Virus record (IMG/VR): IMGVR_UViG_3300032315_001715
Span: 248,001-312,000 of that record
Strand: one strand, 5' to 3'
Length of the DNA: 64,000 nt
Made by a program: the position numbers and the translations under genes. Shown piece by piece: positions 26,747-36,346 of the stretch. Below the pieces are notes generated by a model that saw nothing but the letters and a program-made list of their open reading frames with translations, was not told the origin of the DNA and did not search any database. Numbering within the stretch: the stretch's first letter is position 1; each line of letters opens with the position of its first letter.

Positions 26747-27952
26747 TTAAACATTTGGGAGCAATTCCGCATACCGCTTGACAAACTCTTTCCAGTTCGT
26801 CAGTGCAGGGGCTTCGATCGGCAGCTTATAAGTACCAAGGATGGTCTTGCTACCAAAGACCGCCATCTCGTCCTCGAAGTTATCCATCACGAACCGGAAG
26901 AACGTATCGACCTGCCTCTGGAATTCATCCATGGGCTTGCGATCACCATCCTTCTGTGCTCGAAGCCCGCGCTCCGACTGGTCTTTCAGTTCGTAGCACA
27001 GTGCGGTCACCAATGCATACATGACGTCGATCTGCTTGGTGTTGAGCTTGGTAACCTTGCCAAGCAGCACGTCTCGCGCATGCGGTAGATTGGCAGCCTG
27101 GTTGCGATATGTCATGAACTTGACACCAACACCCTCACCAATGGTGCCCTTGATCATGTCACCGAGCACGTCGCTCGGAAGGGAGGTATCAATCAATCGA
27201 CCGTCCGTACCTTCCTCTTGCAGCAGCTCGCTGGCGAAGTACCAGCTACGAGGTGTTGCAAACGCATAACCTTCCATGCTGGGATTGAACTGATTGAGAT
27301 CGCCGCCCTGGAAGTTGATATAACCGACCACATCCTTGTGTACCCGATTCAACGTGGCCCATTCCAGCCAGTCATCCTTGTCAACTTCAAGGGTGAGATG
27401 AGTAAAGCGATTGGCCAACGGCATCGGCATGTTGTATGCCACACCCTTGTCCTTGACTCGGTTACCAGCTGCCACGATCACCACGTCCTTTGGCATAACA
27501 TAGTTGCCAATGCGGCGATTCAGGATGATCTGATAGGTTGCTGCCTGCACGCTGGGAGGTGCTGCGCTCATTTCATCGAAAAACACCAACGCACGGCTCA
27601 TTTCGTCCGTGGGGAGATCGCTCGGCGTGCTCCAACGAAACTGCTTATCAGTGATCGGAACGCCGTTGTCGTCGCGAACGAGATTACCATCCTTGTCGTA
27701 GACCTTGATATCTGCCAGATAGGGGATACCGCGGATGTCAGTGGGTTCCATCAGCGGCAAACGGATATCAATCAGCGGACGACCTTGTGCGCGGGCAACT
27801 TCTGCCACGATGTCGCTCTTGCCGATGCCAGGCTGGCCCCAGATGAACAGGGGACGCTTGCGAGAGATGCTGTGCTTGATAGCCAGCTTCAATCGACTTG
27901 GATTGACGGAGCTCAGCTCCAGAACCTTGTTGCGTGAACTATTAGACGCCAT
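26747..27952 (-). CDS. MoxR-like AAA+ ATPase
   Basis: WGQPGIGKS Walker A, FFDEM Walker B, AAGNR, LANRF. Confidence 0.9.
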   Translation of the reverse strand: MASNSSRNKVLELSSVNPSRLKLAIKHSISRKRPLFIWGQPGIGKSDIVAEVARAQGRPLIDIRLPLMEPTDIRGIPYLADIKVYDKDGNLVRDDNGVPITDKQFRWSTPSDLPTDEMSRALVFFDEMSAAPPSVQAATYQIILNRRIGNYVMPKDVVIVAAGNRVKDKGVAYNMPMPLANRFTHLTLEVDKDDWLEWATLNRVHKDVVGYINFQGGDLNQFNPSMEGYAFATPRSWYFASELLQEEGTDGRLIDTSLPSDVLGDMIKGTIGEGVGVKFMTYRNQAANLPHARDVLLGKVTKLNTKQIDVMYALVTALCYELKDQSERGLRAQKDGDRKPMDEFQRQVDTFFRFVMDNFEDEMAVFGSKTILGTYKLPIEAPALTNWKEFVKRYAELLPNV

Positions 27953-28020
27953 GAAGCAGTTCCTTGTTTGCTTGTAAATGATGCTGTGTTATGCCGTGGG
28001 TTTTCTCGGACGTCAAGTGT

Positions 28021-28422
28021 TTATTTTGGCGAACGGAAATCAACGAAACGATGCAGATCGCCATCGAACATCGACAGCTCAAAATATACCGATTGGTCCC
28101 ATACAAACATGGCAGTGTTGTTTACATGCCACGGACCATTGATGATGCGTCCGATGTTCATCAACACGCGTCCGTTGACCCTGGCGTTGGCCTCATGCTT
28201 GATGACGTATGTTTTGTATAGCCTCCCAAGCATGTCACGTCCAATTGCGGATAGTTGCCAACTGGTACCGGCGAAGATCTTAGATCGGTGTAGATTGATC
28301 TGCATGGATATATCGGTATCCACTGCTATGCTGCATAGATGGGAGAGCAGCTCCTGTCTCGATGACCAACCCGTTGGCAGGTCATTGAGATCATGCTTAC
28401 TTTTCAGAGATAACCGAGCCAT
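28021..28422 (-). CDS. Hypothetical protein
   Basis: ORF in the - strand run; start uncertain. Confidence 0.5.
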   Translation of the reverse strand: MARLSLKSKHDLNDLPTGWSSRQELLSHLCSIAVDTDISMQINLHRSKIFAGTSWQLSAIGRDMLGRLYKTYVIKHEANARVNGRVLMNIGRIINGPWHVNNTAMFVWDQSVYFELSMFDGDLHRFVDFRSPK

Positions 28423-28687
28423 TTGTGAGAAGATGCACACTAAACACCGTTGTCTTGAACAAGGCATTGAGCTTTTCGGCTAGATTGTGTGCATGACCTG
28501 GATTGGAAAAGCTCACCTTGCGATACTTTGGCCCAGGATAGTCCAACAGCTTGTTCAAGCTTCGAAGGTTAATGGGCTTGCCATCCATGAACACCGCGTA
28601 GATGCCATCGGCCGCAAGGATCTGCTCACTTTTGTAAGTTTTCGGATCCGTGTGATCTAACAATACTGTTGGTTTCGGCCTGCTCAT
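28397..28687 (-). CDS. Conserved phage hypothetical protein
   Basis: MSRPKPTVLL..GPKYRKVSFSNPGHAHNLA; GGAGG RBS and TAAATA upstream. Confidence 0.75.
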   Translation of the reverse strand: MSRPKPTVLLDHTDPKTYKSEQILAADGIYAVFMDGKPINLRSLNKLLDYPGPKYRKVSFSNPGHAHNLAEKLNALFKTTVFSVHLLTNGSVISEK

Positions 28688-28722
28688 CGTGTCCTCCATG
28701 ATATTTATCAGGAGGGCCCGAT

Positions 28723-29094
28723 TTAGGCGGCCACGGTGTCCTCGAACATCGGAACCACGTCGTCGAAGTTGCTGGGTTCCCAGGTTTCCATGATGGTAGT
28801 CATCTTTTTGAACATGAAATACGGTATTTTCAAATCAGGCTTCCTAATTTCCAAGCTATCTGGATTCAATGACATGATCAACTCTCGATCAAGATGATCT
28901 TCCATCAAGCGATGGTATATGACGGATTTGGTCAATGCCCAGACGATGAGAACCGCGCCAATGTTATATGGTACTATGAGATCAGAAAAGCTGGTGTATC
29001 GCCGACCGTTGGATTCGAAGTGATATACACGCTCACTGAGCTTTGAAAATAGTCTAGCGTCTTCCATTTGCGGATCGATCTCAGTAGTCGTCAT
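28723..29094 (-). CDS. Hypothetical protein
   Basis: 123 aa ORF. Confidence 0.6.
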   Translation of the reverse strand: MTTTEIDPQMEDARLFSKLSERVYHFESNGRRYTSFSDLIVPYNIGAVLIVWALTKSVIYHRLMEDHLDRELIMSLNPDSLEIRKPDLKIPYFMFKKMTTIMETWEPSNFDDVVPMFEDTVAA

Positions 29095-29728
29095 TTTGCA
29101 TCAGTTCCCCAATTAACGACCCATTGCGATGTGATTCTAGTAGATTGATCATGATATCCTTGGTTGGTTCAAAGCCGTATATGGAGTATTTTACGATCCT
29201 GCTTGCACCAGGAGATCGATCCAGTTCTCGATTCGAGCGCAGGATGTTAGCATCGCAATCTCTTATGGCATCCTGCGCGGCCACAAGCGTTGTACCATCC
29301 GTTGCAAATTTACAAACGGTCATGTCAAACTTGTTAAAGATCGCATCCATCGATCCGTGCCAGGTTTTGCAAACGGCTTGTACCGTTGCTATGTTAGGAG
29401 AAACTCGGCCGATTTGTATCTGATAGGTGCGCGCATGTTCGGTTACATAGGGATTTTCCCTCTGGCTGGCTTCGAGCCTAAGCTCGTTGCTACCGTGAGG
29501 TTCAATCTTGGTTATATGATTGTTGAGTCTCAAGCATGCAGCATCAAATGAGGATTGAGTTGGGAAAAAGACGTCCACATCGTGGTATTTCCACGTCAAT
29601 CCGTACCATAATCTGCGAGCACATCCACCGGCGATCCATGGACCGTTGTTAAGATCCAATCCTCCGACTATCTGTGCGATTGCTTTAATCTCTTTATCAG
29701 CGATCGGTTTTAAAACTCTGTCTGTCAT
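29081..29728 (-). CDS. Pol-beta superfamily nucleotidyltransferase (CCA/poly(A)-polymerase head-like)
   Basis: WIAGGCAR, DVDVFF, FDMTVCK, RIVKY; promoter TTGACG-N16-TATCAT at 29735-29762. Confidence 0.6.
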   Translation of the reverse strand: MTDRVLKPIADKEIKAIAQIVGGLDLNNGPWIAGGCARRLWYGLTWKYHDVDVFFPTQSSFDAACLRLNNHITKIEPHGSNELRLEASQRENPYVTEHARTYQIQIGRVSPNIATVQAVCKTWHGSMDAIFNKFDMTVCKFATDGTTLVAAQDAIRDCDANILRSNRELDRSPGASRIVKYSIYGFEPTKDIMINLLESHRNGSLIGELMQNDDY

Positions 29729-29758
29729 AGCGCCATGATATGACAAGCAGATTGGTCG

Positions 29759-29983
29759 TCAAGTGAAACTTCCACCGGTAACCTCCACGTCGTTGCGATC
29801 AGCCAATAGCTGATCTTGCAGGGATATTATACGTTCGTGTAGACCAACCGTGCTGGTCAACAGCAGCGCGATTGCTGTGCTGAGCTCTTCAGCTTCCAAC
29901 ATGGTTAATCGTATTTCCTTGCTGTTGTAATTCCTGGCCGTTTGATACTTTTTGATAAAGGTTTCCAATGGTGCCGTGCTCAT
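29759..29983 (-). CDS. Hypothetical protein
   Basis: 74 aa ORF with GAGGAGG RBS. Confidence 0.6.
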   Translation of the reverse strand: MSTAPLETFIKKYQTARNYNSKEIRLTMLEAEELSTAIALLLTSTVGLHERIISLQDQLLADRNDVEVTGGSFT

Positions 29984-30416
29984 GCATCCTCCTCAGATGT
30001 TGCCTAACTTGCATTAATATTTCACCGAGCATGTTTTCGCCCATGCCACGGCACACACCCCAATATGTGTCGCCCCAGATATTGCCTTCGACCAAGTTAG
30101 CATCGCCGGTATCTAACAATTTCTGTGCCAACCTTGGATGCGTGGAGAATTTCTTCCAAACCAATTCTGCCATGACACGGTCCCGCACATCCTCTGATAT
30201 CCAGCCGGATCTTAGCGTAACATGCTTGCCCAGCTTCTTGGCCATGCCCGGCGTTGTAGAACCACGAATGATCTCTCGCTCTTCAGGATCTAATGTTTTA
30301 GCTGCCTGGTAAGCATGCTCAACACTTGGATAAATCTGACCCTCGAAGCTAACAGCAGCCGGATGGAAATTGCTGAGGAAATGATAGATACCAGAAAATT
30401 CCTTGATCTCAGACAT
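29889..30416 (-). CDS. NADAR (YbiA-like) hydrolase
   Basis: FLSNF, YPSVEHAYQAAK, AKKLG, KF..HP.L...LL.TG...LVEGN.WGD.YWG..GEN.LG.ILM.VR. Confidence 0.9.
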   Translation of the reverse strand: MSEIKEFSGIYHFLSNFHPAAVSFEGQIYPSVEHAYQAAKTLDPEEREIIRGSTTPGMAKKLGKHVTLRSGWISEDVRDRVMAELVWKKFSTHPRLAQKLLDTGDANLVEGNIWGDTYWGVCRGMGENMLGEILMQVRQHLRRMHEHGTIGNLYQKVSNGQELQQQGNTINHVGS

Positions 30417-30885
30417 TGATCGTCTTGTTCCTGGAAGAGATCTGATGCTGCATTTCCAGTTTGGTCGTAAATGGTCCGATGTATTCGTACTCGGTTAACG
30501 TAACCAATTTTGGACAAAAACTCTGTGTCCATCCGTTTGGAAATCTAAGTCCGTAGTAACCGGCTGCATATCGATTCTCGCTCTTAGAGGTTCTCGTGTA
30601 GCTTGGCACCGGGTCCTCTAGGATGTTAAACCATTCGGTGTGCTTGATCGGATAGCCTCCCACCGACCCCTGTTCTTTCTCCGGAGCAAGCTCGATTGGC
30701 TGCTCGATGGTGATTTTTCCGCCCAGGGATGTGGCTAGCGACTGCATGTCATCGTGGATTCCTGGTGAGATTGGGCCGATGACCTTGAGTTTTTCATCTA
30801 GCTGGCTAACAAGCCCAACACGGCTACCGTTTGAAATTAATATCCAGCTAGTTTCCGTCAGCGGCTTTAGGGAAAACTTCGTCAT
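30409..30885 (-). CDS. Conserved phage hypothetical protein
   Basis: YAAGYY..F..GW..SFCPKL.TL..YEY.GPF motif. Confidence 0.7.
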   Translation of the reverse strand: MTKFSLKPLTETSWILISNGSRVGLVSQLDEKLKVIGPISPGIHDDMQSLATSLGGKITIEQPIELAPEKEQGSVGGYPIKHTEWFNILEDPVPSYTRTSKSENRYAAGYYGLRFPNGWTQSFCPKLVTLTEYEYIGPFTTKLEMQHQISSRNKTINV

Positions 30886-31408
30886 TTTCGATGACCTTCA
30901 TCAGTGAACGTTTCTGCCGGCTTCTCTGATCGCTTGTGTAGGTTTTTAAGAAGTTGGCTATGTTTGTGCATTTTTCATAGCTTACCGCACTAGAACCGGT
31001 GTGTCTAGTATCGTTGATTTCTATTGCGGATTCGAGGCTGTTACCGCTGAGGTTAAGCCCGATGTTGTAATCTACAAGTTCGTAGTCGAATCCGTGTTCT
31101 CGGCTCCATGACCAGACAATGTCAATCTTGCTATCAAGCCATATGGTCCACCAATTTGGTATTGGCTGTCCTGACCATCCGTATGCAACATTTGTCAAGC
31201 AAACATGCTTCATATGGCGAGCTTCGACGGATTTCCAAAAGTTAAACAACACACAAGTATCGTCATTTAACATGCGAGGACTGGGCAAAATGGTCTTTAT
31301 GTACCATTTTAGCCCTGGATGTTTACCATGTTGATAGTGGTATATCTCGGGATTGTAGCAATCCTCGATTGCGGTTAAAGCGGAATCAAGCTCTCGGTCC
31401 AGCACCAA
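30848..31408 (-). CDS. Hypothetical protein
   Basis: 186 aa ORF directly after the nuclease gene. Confidence 0.55.
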   Translation of the reverse strand: MVLDRELDSALTAIEDCYNPEIYHYQHGKHPGLKWYIKTILPSPRMLNDDTCVLFNFWKSVEARHMKHVCLTNVAYGWSGQPIPNWWTIWLDSKIDIVWSWSREHGFDYELVDYNIGLNLSGNSLESAIEINDTRHTGSSAVSYEKCTNIANFLKTYTSDQRSRQKRSLMKVIENDEVFPKAADGN

Positions 31409-32404
31409 TTATTTATCGGAAAGATCCTTGTTTAGGTTACCTGGATACGTCGTGCTGAGACATGGGCTAAATTCTCCGCTGCTTTTTTCGATCTTCACCA
31501 ACCCGTGGGTGTTGCAGAATCGCATAAGGGCCAATCCAACCTGCCTTCTAGGTTCCTTGATGATGGACTCGATTATGGATGCATCAAATTTTTCCATGAG
31601 ATCAGCCGGCTGCTGGGTTAGGTCGATCAACAGTCGATTGCGTTCGAAATCATCCTTAACTCGGTGCTCGACACCTTCGTGGTCGGTCCATTTGCTCAGC
31701 ATTAGGTTGTTCCATGCAAATCCCTTGGTTGCACGGTCGGCATACGCTTCCTGTAGCTTCTTTGTTCGAACGCCAGGGAATGCGCTCATCACGTTATCAC
31801 CGTCATCGCCGCGCAGGCATTTTTCAAACAGCAGCCAATCCGGATCCGGAACCGGTAGCTCATTACCATGCTTGTTTTTAGCAATGTGCCCGTCCTTGTC
31901 ATAGATGCCGGTATCTGTGTAAAGCAACGCAGCGATGCCATTATAGATCTTGACGTTTTTTGAAATCAGCTGCTGAAAATCACTGTCGCTGCTGATAACA
32001 ACATGTTGATCATTTGGATGTAACGCAATCCATCGTGCAACCATGTCGTCGGCCTCGGCTTCCGGATGGCGCAACACGGTGCAGTTGGTCTGCGTGCCGA
32101 TGAACTTGATGAAGTGATCCATCACTTCAAAGAAGGTATTGTCGTCCTCAACTTCTCGAGGTGTACGCTTGGCTGCCGTGACCTTGCGGTTTGCCTTGTA
32201 CGGCGCATAGACGTTTTTACGCCAGCTTCGTCCTTCGAGACAGAAAACCGTATGGCTACCATCAAACTGATTCCACACCTTCTTGATGCTGCTCATGATG
32301 ATGTGCAGCGCCAGGGCTAGCTGTTGATCGGTGTCGGGGGCCCGAACACCGTGCCGAACCCGCATGAAAAGGTTCTGACAGTCTATGACCAGGTAGGTGT
32401 GCAT
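31409..32404 (-). CDS. rnh: 5'-3' exonuclease / T4 RNase H (FEN-like)
   Basis: VIDCQN, EGRSWRK.VY..YKANR, EADD, SSDSDF.QL, GDDGDNV. Confidence 0.85.
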   Translation of the reverse strand: MHTYLVIDCQNLFMRVRHGVRAPDTDQQLALALHIIMSSIKKVWNQFDGSHTVFCLEGRSWRKNVYAPYKANRKVTAAKRTPREVEDDNTFFEVMDHFIKFIGTQTNCTVLRHPEAEADDMVARWIALHPNDQHVVISSDSDFQQLISKNVKIYNGIAALLYTDTGIYDKDGHIAKNKHGNELPVPDPDWLLFEKCLRGDDGDNVMSAFPGVRTKKLQEAYADRATKGFAWNNLMLSKWTDHEGVEHRVKDDFERNRLLIDLTQQPADLMEKFDASIIESIIKEPRRQVGLALMRFCNTHGLVKIEKSSGEFSPCLSTTYPGNLNKDLSDK

Positions 32405-32479
32405 TAATCTTTGCCTTTGAATGTTCTAACTGACTTTACAGCAGGTGTCGTCAATGATCAAGTCTTTTTACGGACTTGG

Positions 32480-33070
32480 TCACTCGTCGTCGGGGTTTGG
32501 TCCACCGGACCGGCGAGCAGACGAAACAAATGACTCCTCGTTTCCATATGATTCGGTTATAACGGATTCGCATATTTCGTTCATCCATTGATTAACCACG
32601 GCTGCATCGTCACCTTCGTAACCGTTGTCACGTAGCTGCTTGAGGAAATGATCGTTGTATTCAAGCTCAAAATACGCGCGAGCCTTGCCAGCCGGGTTCC
32701 AATGTATCCTTGGCATGCTAACCCAGGGTTCGCCGACAACGTCAGCTCGTCGCCGATCATGTTGCTCTTGCGTGATCTTACCAGATTTCAAGTCCTGTTC
32801 GAGATGCTCGAGCTTTCGTTGATTATCATCAATTGGCGCTAAGTCGATTATCTTGCGAGCAAACTCTTCCAGGGTGATGCGACCATAACTGCGTAGGATC
32901 GCGAGCTTTTCTCGTTCTCGATCGATCGCATCTGGGATGCGTATTTCGGCTAGCGCAAGTTCAAGATCGATGCCGGTCAGCTCGTATTCAGCCTTGGCGA
33001 TCTCTCTAGTCGTGCCTTTGAGACCCCAGTGTCCTGGCATCCATCCAAATGGTATCAATGGTTTCTTCAT
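32480..33070 (-). CDS. Conserved phage hypothetical protein
   Basis: PFGWMPGHWGL.G..R..A.AEYEL; EPWV..YFELE.ND.F. Confidence 0.7.
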   Translation of the reverse strand: MKKPLIPFGWMPGHWGLKGTTREIAKAEYELTGIDLELALAEIRIPDAIDREREKLAILRSYGRITLEEFARKIIDLAPIDDNQRKLEHLEQDLKSGKITQEQHDRRRADVVGEPWVSMPRIHWNPAGKARAYFELEYNDHFLKQLRDNGYEGDDAAVVNQWMNEICESVITESYGNEESFVSSARRSGGPNPDDE

Positions 33071-33249
33071 TTCTTTTCCTTATTGGTAGTTTCCAAGAGT
33101 AGCTCTGCAAACTTGTATATGAATGCATGTGGTATAACCACCTGTCTGGGCTCCCCTTGAGATTCCACAACTATTGCCGGCTCCAACGGCTCGAACAAAC
33201 TGTGTTTGATAGCCACATCAGCCAATTCTGCGATTTCTTGTTTTGTCAT
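33067..33249 (-). CDS. Small hypothetical protein
   Basis: 60 aa, overlap-coupled. Confidence 0.5.
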   Translation of the reverse strand: MTKQEIAELADVAIKHSLFEPLEPAIVVESQGEPRQVVIPHAFIYKFAELLLETTNKEKK

Positions 33250-33260
33250 TATGTGTCTCC

Positions 33261-34088
33261 TTAAGGAAGTGATGCATAGATGTGCTGTTGCAACTGCAAA
33301 GTGAACCCATGTCTCATGGCCAGCAGTGCTGCATATTCATGATTGCCCTGATTGCTACTTTGATCCAAGAGACCCGGTGTCCAGAATGAAATTCTTTCAT
33401 CAACCTCGCTGCGCATCTCCAAGCTGGCGTTGTTGCCCACCTTTTCCGGCGCACGGTTGTAGATGTTCATGGGACTCACGTAAACGCTGCGTGGACCCTT
33501 TTGCCGACGGAATTCATACGCAAACTCCGGAACATCGTGATGATTGCTAGCAGCGTCTGAGCTCACCACGAACTTCAGCACGTTTGCCCGTGCAAACACG
33601 TCGGGTCGGATGTCACCATAGCGATTGGTGGTTTCGTTGGCCTTTGGACTCACCACCAGGGTGGTTTCTGCGGGCAACGGACGAAGGAAGTCGCCATTGC
33701 TTTCGATCTGTGTGCGGAAACCCTGTGCGTGCAGGAATTCTAGGAAACTGGTTAGATTCTTTTGCAGCATGGGCTCTCCGCCGGAGACCACGATCAGCAA
33801 CCGATCCATGAAGCTTTCACGCACGATCCCGTTGCTTGCCACTTCCTTGTCCACCGCACCGTGGATCTTGGCCAGCACCTGGTCAAAGGTCAACACGTCG
33901 CCGCTATCGAACCAAGTGTCGCAGAACGTGCAAGCACGATTGCACTTGCTAAAACGAACAAACACCGCCGGCTCGCCGCTGAACGGCCCCTCGCCTTGCA
34001 GGGTTGCAAATACTGACGTTACCATCAGTTCATTCTCGGCCATGTTCTTGAAAAACGTGGGCGAGACTATTTCATTTTTACCAAACAT
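33261..34088 (-). CDS. queE: 7-carboxy-7-deazaguanine synthase (radical SAM)
   Basis: TLQGEGPFSG.PAVFVR..CNRACTFCDT (CxxxCxxC), SGGEPMLQ, IESNG, VVSPK, LQLQQH. Confidence 0.9.
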   Translation of the reverse strand: MFGKNEIVSPTFFKNMAENELMVTSVFATLQGEGPFSGEPAVFVRFSKCNRACTFCDTWFDSGDVLTFDQVLAKIHGAVDKEVASNGIVRESFMDRLLIVVSGGEPMLQKNLTSFLEFLHAQGFRTQIESNGDFLRPLPAETTLVVSPKANETTNRYGDIRPDVFARANVLKFVVSSDAASNHHDVPEFAYEFRRQKGPRSVYVSPMNIYNRAPEKVGNNASLEMRSEVDERISFWTPGLLDQSSNQGNHEYAALLAMRHGFTLQLQQHIYASLP

Positions 34089-34091
34089 CTA

Positions 34092-34382
34092 TCATTCATC
34101 TCCAAACATGCTTGCTATTCCCGCTCTGGTCGACAACATCATTGCCGGACGGTCTATTAATTTCTGTCCTTCGGATTCAAACCACCGCAGCTTGTATAGC
34201 ATTGATGCTGCGGTTGTTTTTAACGCGCATGTGAGTAATTCCTCACAATAACCCCAATCCGTACCGGCATCTAACGAGTGCCGTAACCAATCTATTCTTT
34301 CGTTTATTTCATCGGGTGTTAGCTTGTGCCAATCAAGTAACAACACGTCGCTACCAAAATCATTCGAGCCTGTCATTATCAC
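34092..34382 (-). CDS. Small hypothetical protein
   Basis: W.....DWG...ASMLYKLRWF pattern. Confidence 0.5.
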   Translation of the reverse strand: MIMTGSNDFGSDVLLLDWHKLTPDEINERIDWLRHSLDAGTDWGYCEELLTCALKTTAASMLYKLRWFESEGQKLIDRPAMMLSTRAGIASMFGDE

Positions 34383-34719
34383 TCCTAAGTTCCATCAGAA
34401 CGGCTTTGCTGATCCTAGTTTGCAGCTCCTGGTCGAGGCGGTCAATAAACTCGTCGCTGTCCATGATTTTTGCCATCTTCAAGCACTTCTCCATTGCGCG
34501 CCGATAGATGCGCTCCGCAGCAGCATTTCCAATGGTATCAAGATCTAATATTGAGCTAAATGACCTAATTAATGCTCTAGAACCTCGGCTTGGAGGGCCA
34601 TGCCATGCGATCTCACCATCAAACGTGATCTCTAGCAGAGGCCTGCCGCCGGCTGCCTTTAGGGTAAACGCAGATGGATTGGTATGAACTGATACCGATC
34701 CTTGACTGGTCGTGGACAT
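34360..34719 (-). CDS. Hypothetical protein
   Basis: GGAG RBS before MSTTSQ. Confidence 0.6.
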   Translation of the reverse strand: MSTTSQGSVSVHTNPSAFTLKAAGGRPLLEITFDGEIAWHGPPSRGSRALIRSFSSILDLDTIGNAAAERIYRRAMEKCLKMAKIMDSDEFIDRLDQELQTRISKAVLMELRSDNDRLE

Positions 34720-34720
34720 T

Positions 34721-34969
34721 TTATTCTCCGTGATTTGAAACAATTTTCAGCATGGTATGGTATTCTTCCCAAAGCTGGGCTAAAGTAGGGTATTCATACC
34801 GAAGGCACTGTTGTTGATATGCATGCTTCCCAAGTTCTCGTAGTTGATCCAGGGAGAACCAAACATCTGGTGCAACCTGTATTTGCCTATCTTGATCATG
34901 CTTGCCAAAAGGACGGCGATAAATGGTTTTACCGCCGTCGGGACTTTCATAGATCCACTTAGTGGTCAT
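34721..34969 (-). CDS. Hypothetical protein
   Basis: MTTKWIYESPDGGKTIYRRPFG motif. Confidence 0.6.
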   Translation of the reverse strand: MTTKWIYESPDGGKTIYRRPFGKHDQDRQIQVAPDVWFSLDQLRELGKHAYQQQCLRYEYPTLAQLWEEYHTMLKIVSNHGE

Positions 34970-35129
34970 TGACCTTGCGTGCAACCACCGCATCATCTCG
35001 TATTTCCCAGGTGATTTCATCACCTTCGGTCCATCCAAGATCATTTAGCATCGTCGGATCAAAAACAAGGATGATCTCACCATCTTCTTCGGCTACCTTT
35101 GCGGTATAGGTTTTTGGTTCAATGTTCAT
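34959..35129 (-). CDS. AbrB/MazE-like DNA-binding protein
   Basis: V.EEDGEIIL.F...MLNDLGW.EGD.I.WEI pattern. Confidence 0.55.
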   Translation of the reverse strand: MNIEPKTYTAKVAEEDGEIILVFDPTMLNDLGWTEGDEITWEIRDDAVVARKVNDH

Positions 35130-35629
35130 GAAAATAAATCCTCGTTCCATTCGCGATGTCCTTCGCGATACGCCATGTTTGACACGGTTTCTCGTACTTC
35201 AACGCGGAAGCACCAAAGTCGTGCAGCTTCGCCTGGACCCCATATTTCCGGTACATAAACACCATTGACATACTTATAAAGCATATCTGCCAGGCCTTCG
35301 CAGCCTAGACGAGGTAGAATCGTCAGCTTAGCCATCTTTTTTCTTTCCAGCATCTTGAACGTTTCAAGTTCCGGATCGTCGGCGGATACCAGTAGAGTAT
35401 GGTCAAATTGATCCTCAAGGATCTTCTTGAGTTCCTTGAGTCCGCCATAATCTGCTACCCAGTTTCTAACATCTAGATCATTGGTGCCAAAATAAAACTT
35501 CATCGAAAATGCATAACCGTGAATCATATTGCAATGACTGTCGGCACGCCATTGCCGATATGCACAGGGGAACGAATTGTGATATTCTTTAGTCGAAACG
35601 TATTTGTATGTGGTTGGTTCAGTTGTCAT
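35126..35629 (-). CDS. queD: 6-carboxy-5,6,7,8-tetrahydropterin synthase
   Basis: SHCNMIHGY (CxxxHG), WVADYG.LK..K..L..FDHT, GCEGLA, VEVRET. Confidence 0.85.
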   Translation of the reverse strand: MTTEPTTYKYVSTKEYHNSFPCAYRQWRADSHCNMIHGYAFSMKFYFGTNDLDVRNWVADYGGLKELKKILEDQFDHTLLVSADDPELETFKMLERKKMAKLTILPRLGCEGLADMLYKYVNGVYVPEIWGPGEAARLWCFRVEVRETVSNMAYREGHREWNEDLFS

Positions 35630-35786
35630 TGTTAAGATTTCCTTGCAGATATCCAAATGTAAACAGATCTTGCATCATACTATTGGATACGATAGAAGTC
35701 CATGACTGGTCTCCATTTTGCTGGAAAACGATATTGGCCTGCTTACCAGCATCATTGACAATTGGTATCTTAATTACTCGTGTCAT
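35619..35786 (-). CDS. Small hypothetical protein
   Basis: AGGAG RBS before MTRVIK. Confidence 0.45.
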   Translation of the reverse strand: MTRVIKIPIVNDAGKQANIVFQQNGDQSWTSIVSNSMMQDLFTFGYLQGNLNNDN

Positions 35787-35886
35787 CTCTTGTCTCCTGT
35801 TGAGCGATGTTTGATGACTGTGCAGAATGTTTAAAGTGGGTTGAGACAGTCCATAGTCCACTTGGATAGTATTTACGGAACCTCCG

Positions 35887-36339
35887 TCAAATGAAAATAT
35901 TCAATTCGTGTATTTTGTGAGCAGTGTTGTTTCTTATTTGATCAGCAACCATGTCAACTGTTTTGATCAACTCGTGGTCTTCGATAGCATAGCATTCTTG
36001 TTGATTCTGATTCATCGCCATCCTAGATTTACTGAGAAGATTTTTTGATATTTCCTCAGCGTCAGATGTAGCATCATTGGTATCAAGTATGATCTCAGCA
36101 TAAATTCTAAAATCTATGCCAGGTTGGTTTCGTCCCCGCATCAGCGCTGTTGCAAACTTACCTCGACCTATCTTGAGAGGTCCACGTGCTTCTTTGTTAC
36201 TTTCGTGATCGACAACATGCGCTCTTCCAAAGTAAAGAAGATATCTTTCCTTGCCAGGTTTTTCTATATCCCCGGATCGCAGCCCTTCGTTGATGATACG
36301 ATTGCTGCGATATTCTTGGTAGCCAATTCCTTTGGTCAT
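35887..36339 (-). CDS. Hypothetical protein, possibly GIY-YIG/T5orf172-like
   Basis: YLLYF..LKIGR..R..E..QECY spacing; weak. Confidence 0.4.
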   Translation of the reverse strand: MTKGIGYQEYRSNRIINEGLRSGDIEKPGKERYLLYFGRAHVVDHESNKEARGPLKIGRGKFATALMRGRNQPGIDFRIYAEIILDTNDATSDAEEISKNLLSKSRMAMNQNQQECYAIEDHELIKTVDMVADQIRNNTAHKIHELNIFI

Positions 36340-36346
36340 AGAGTCA

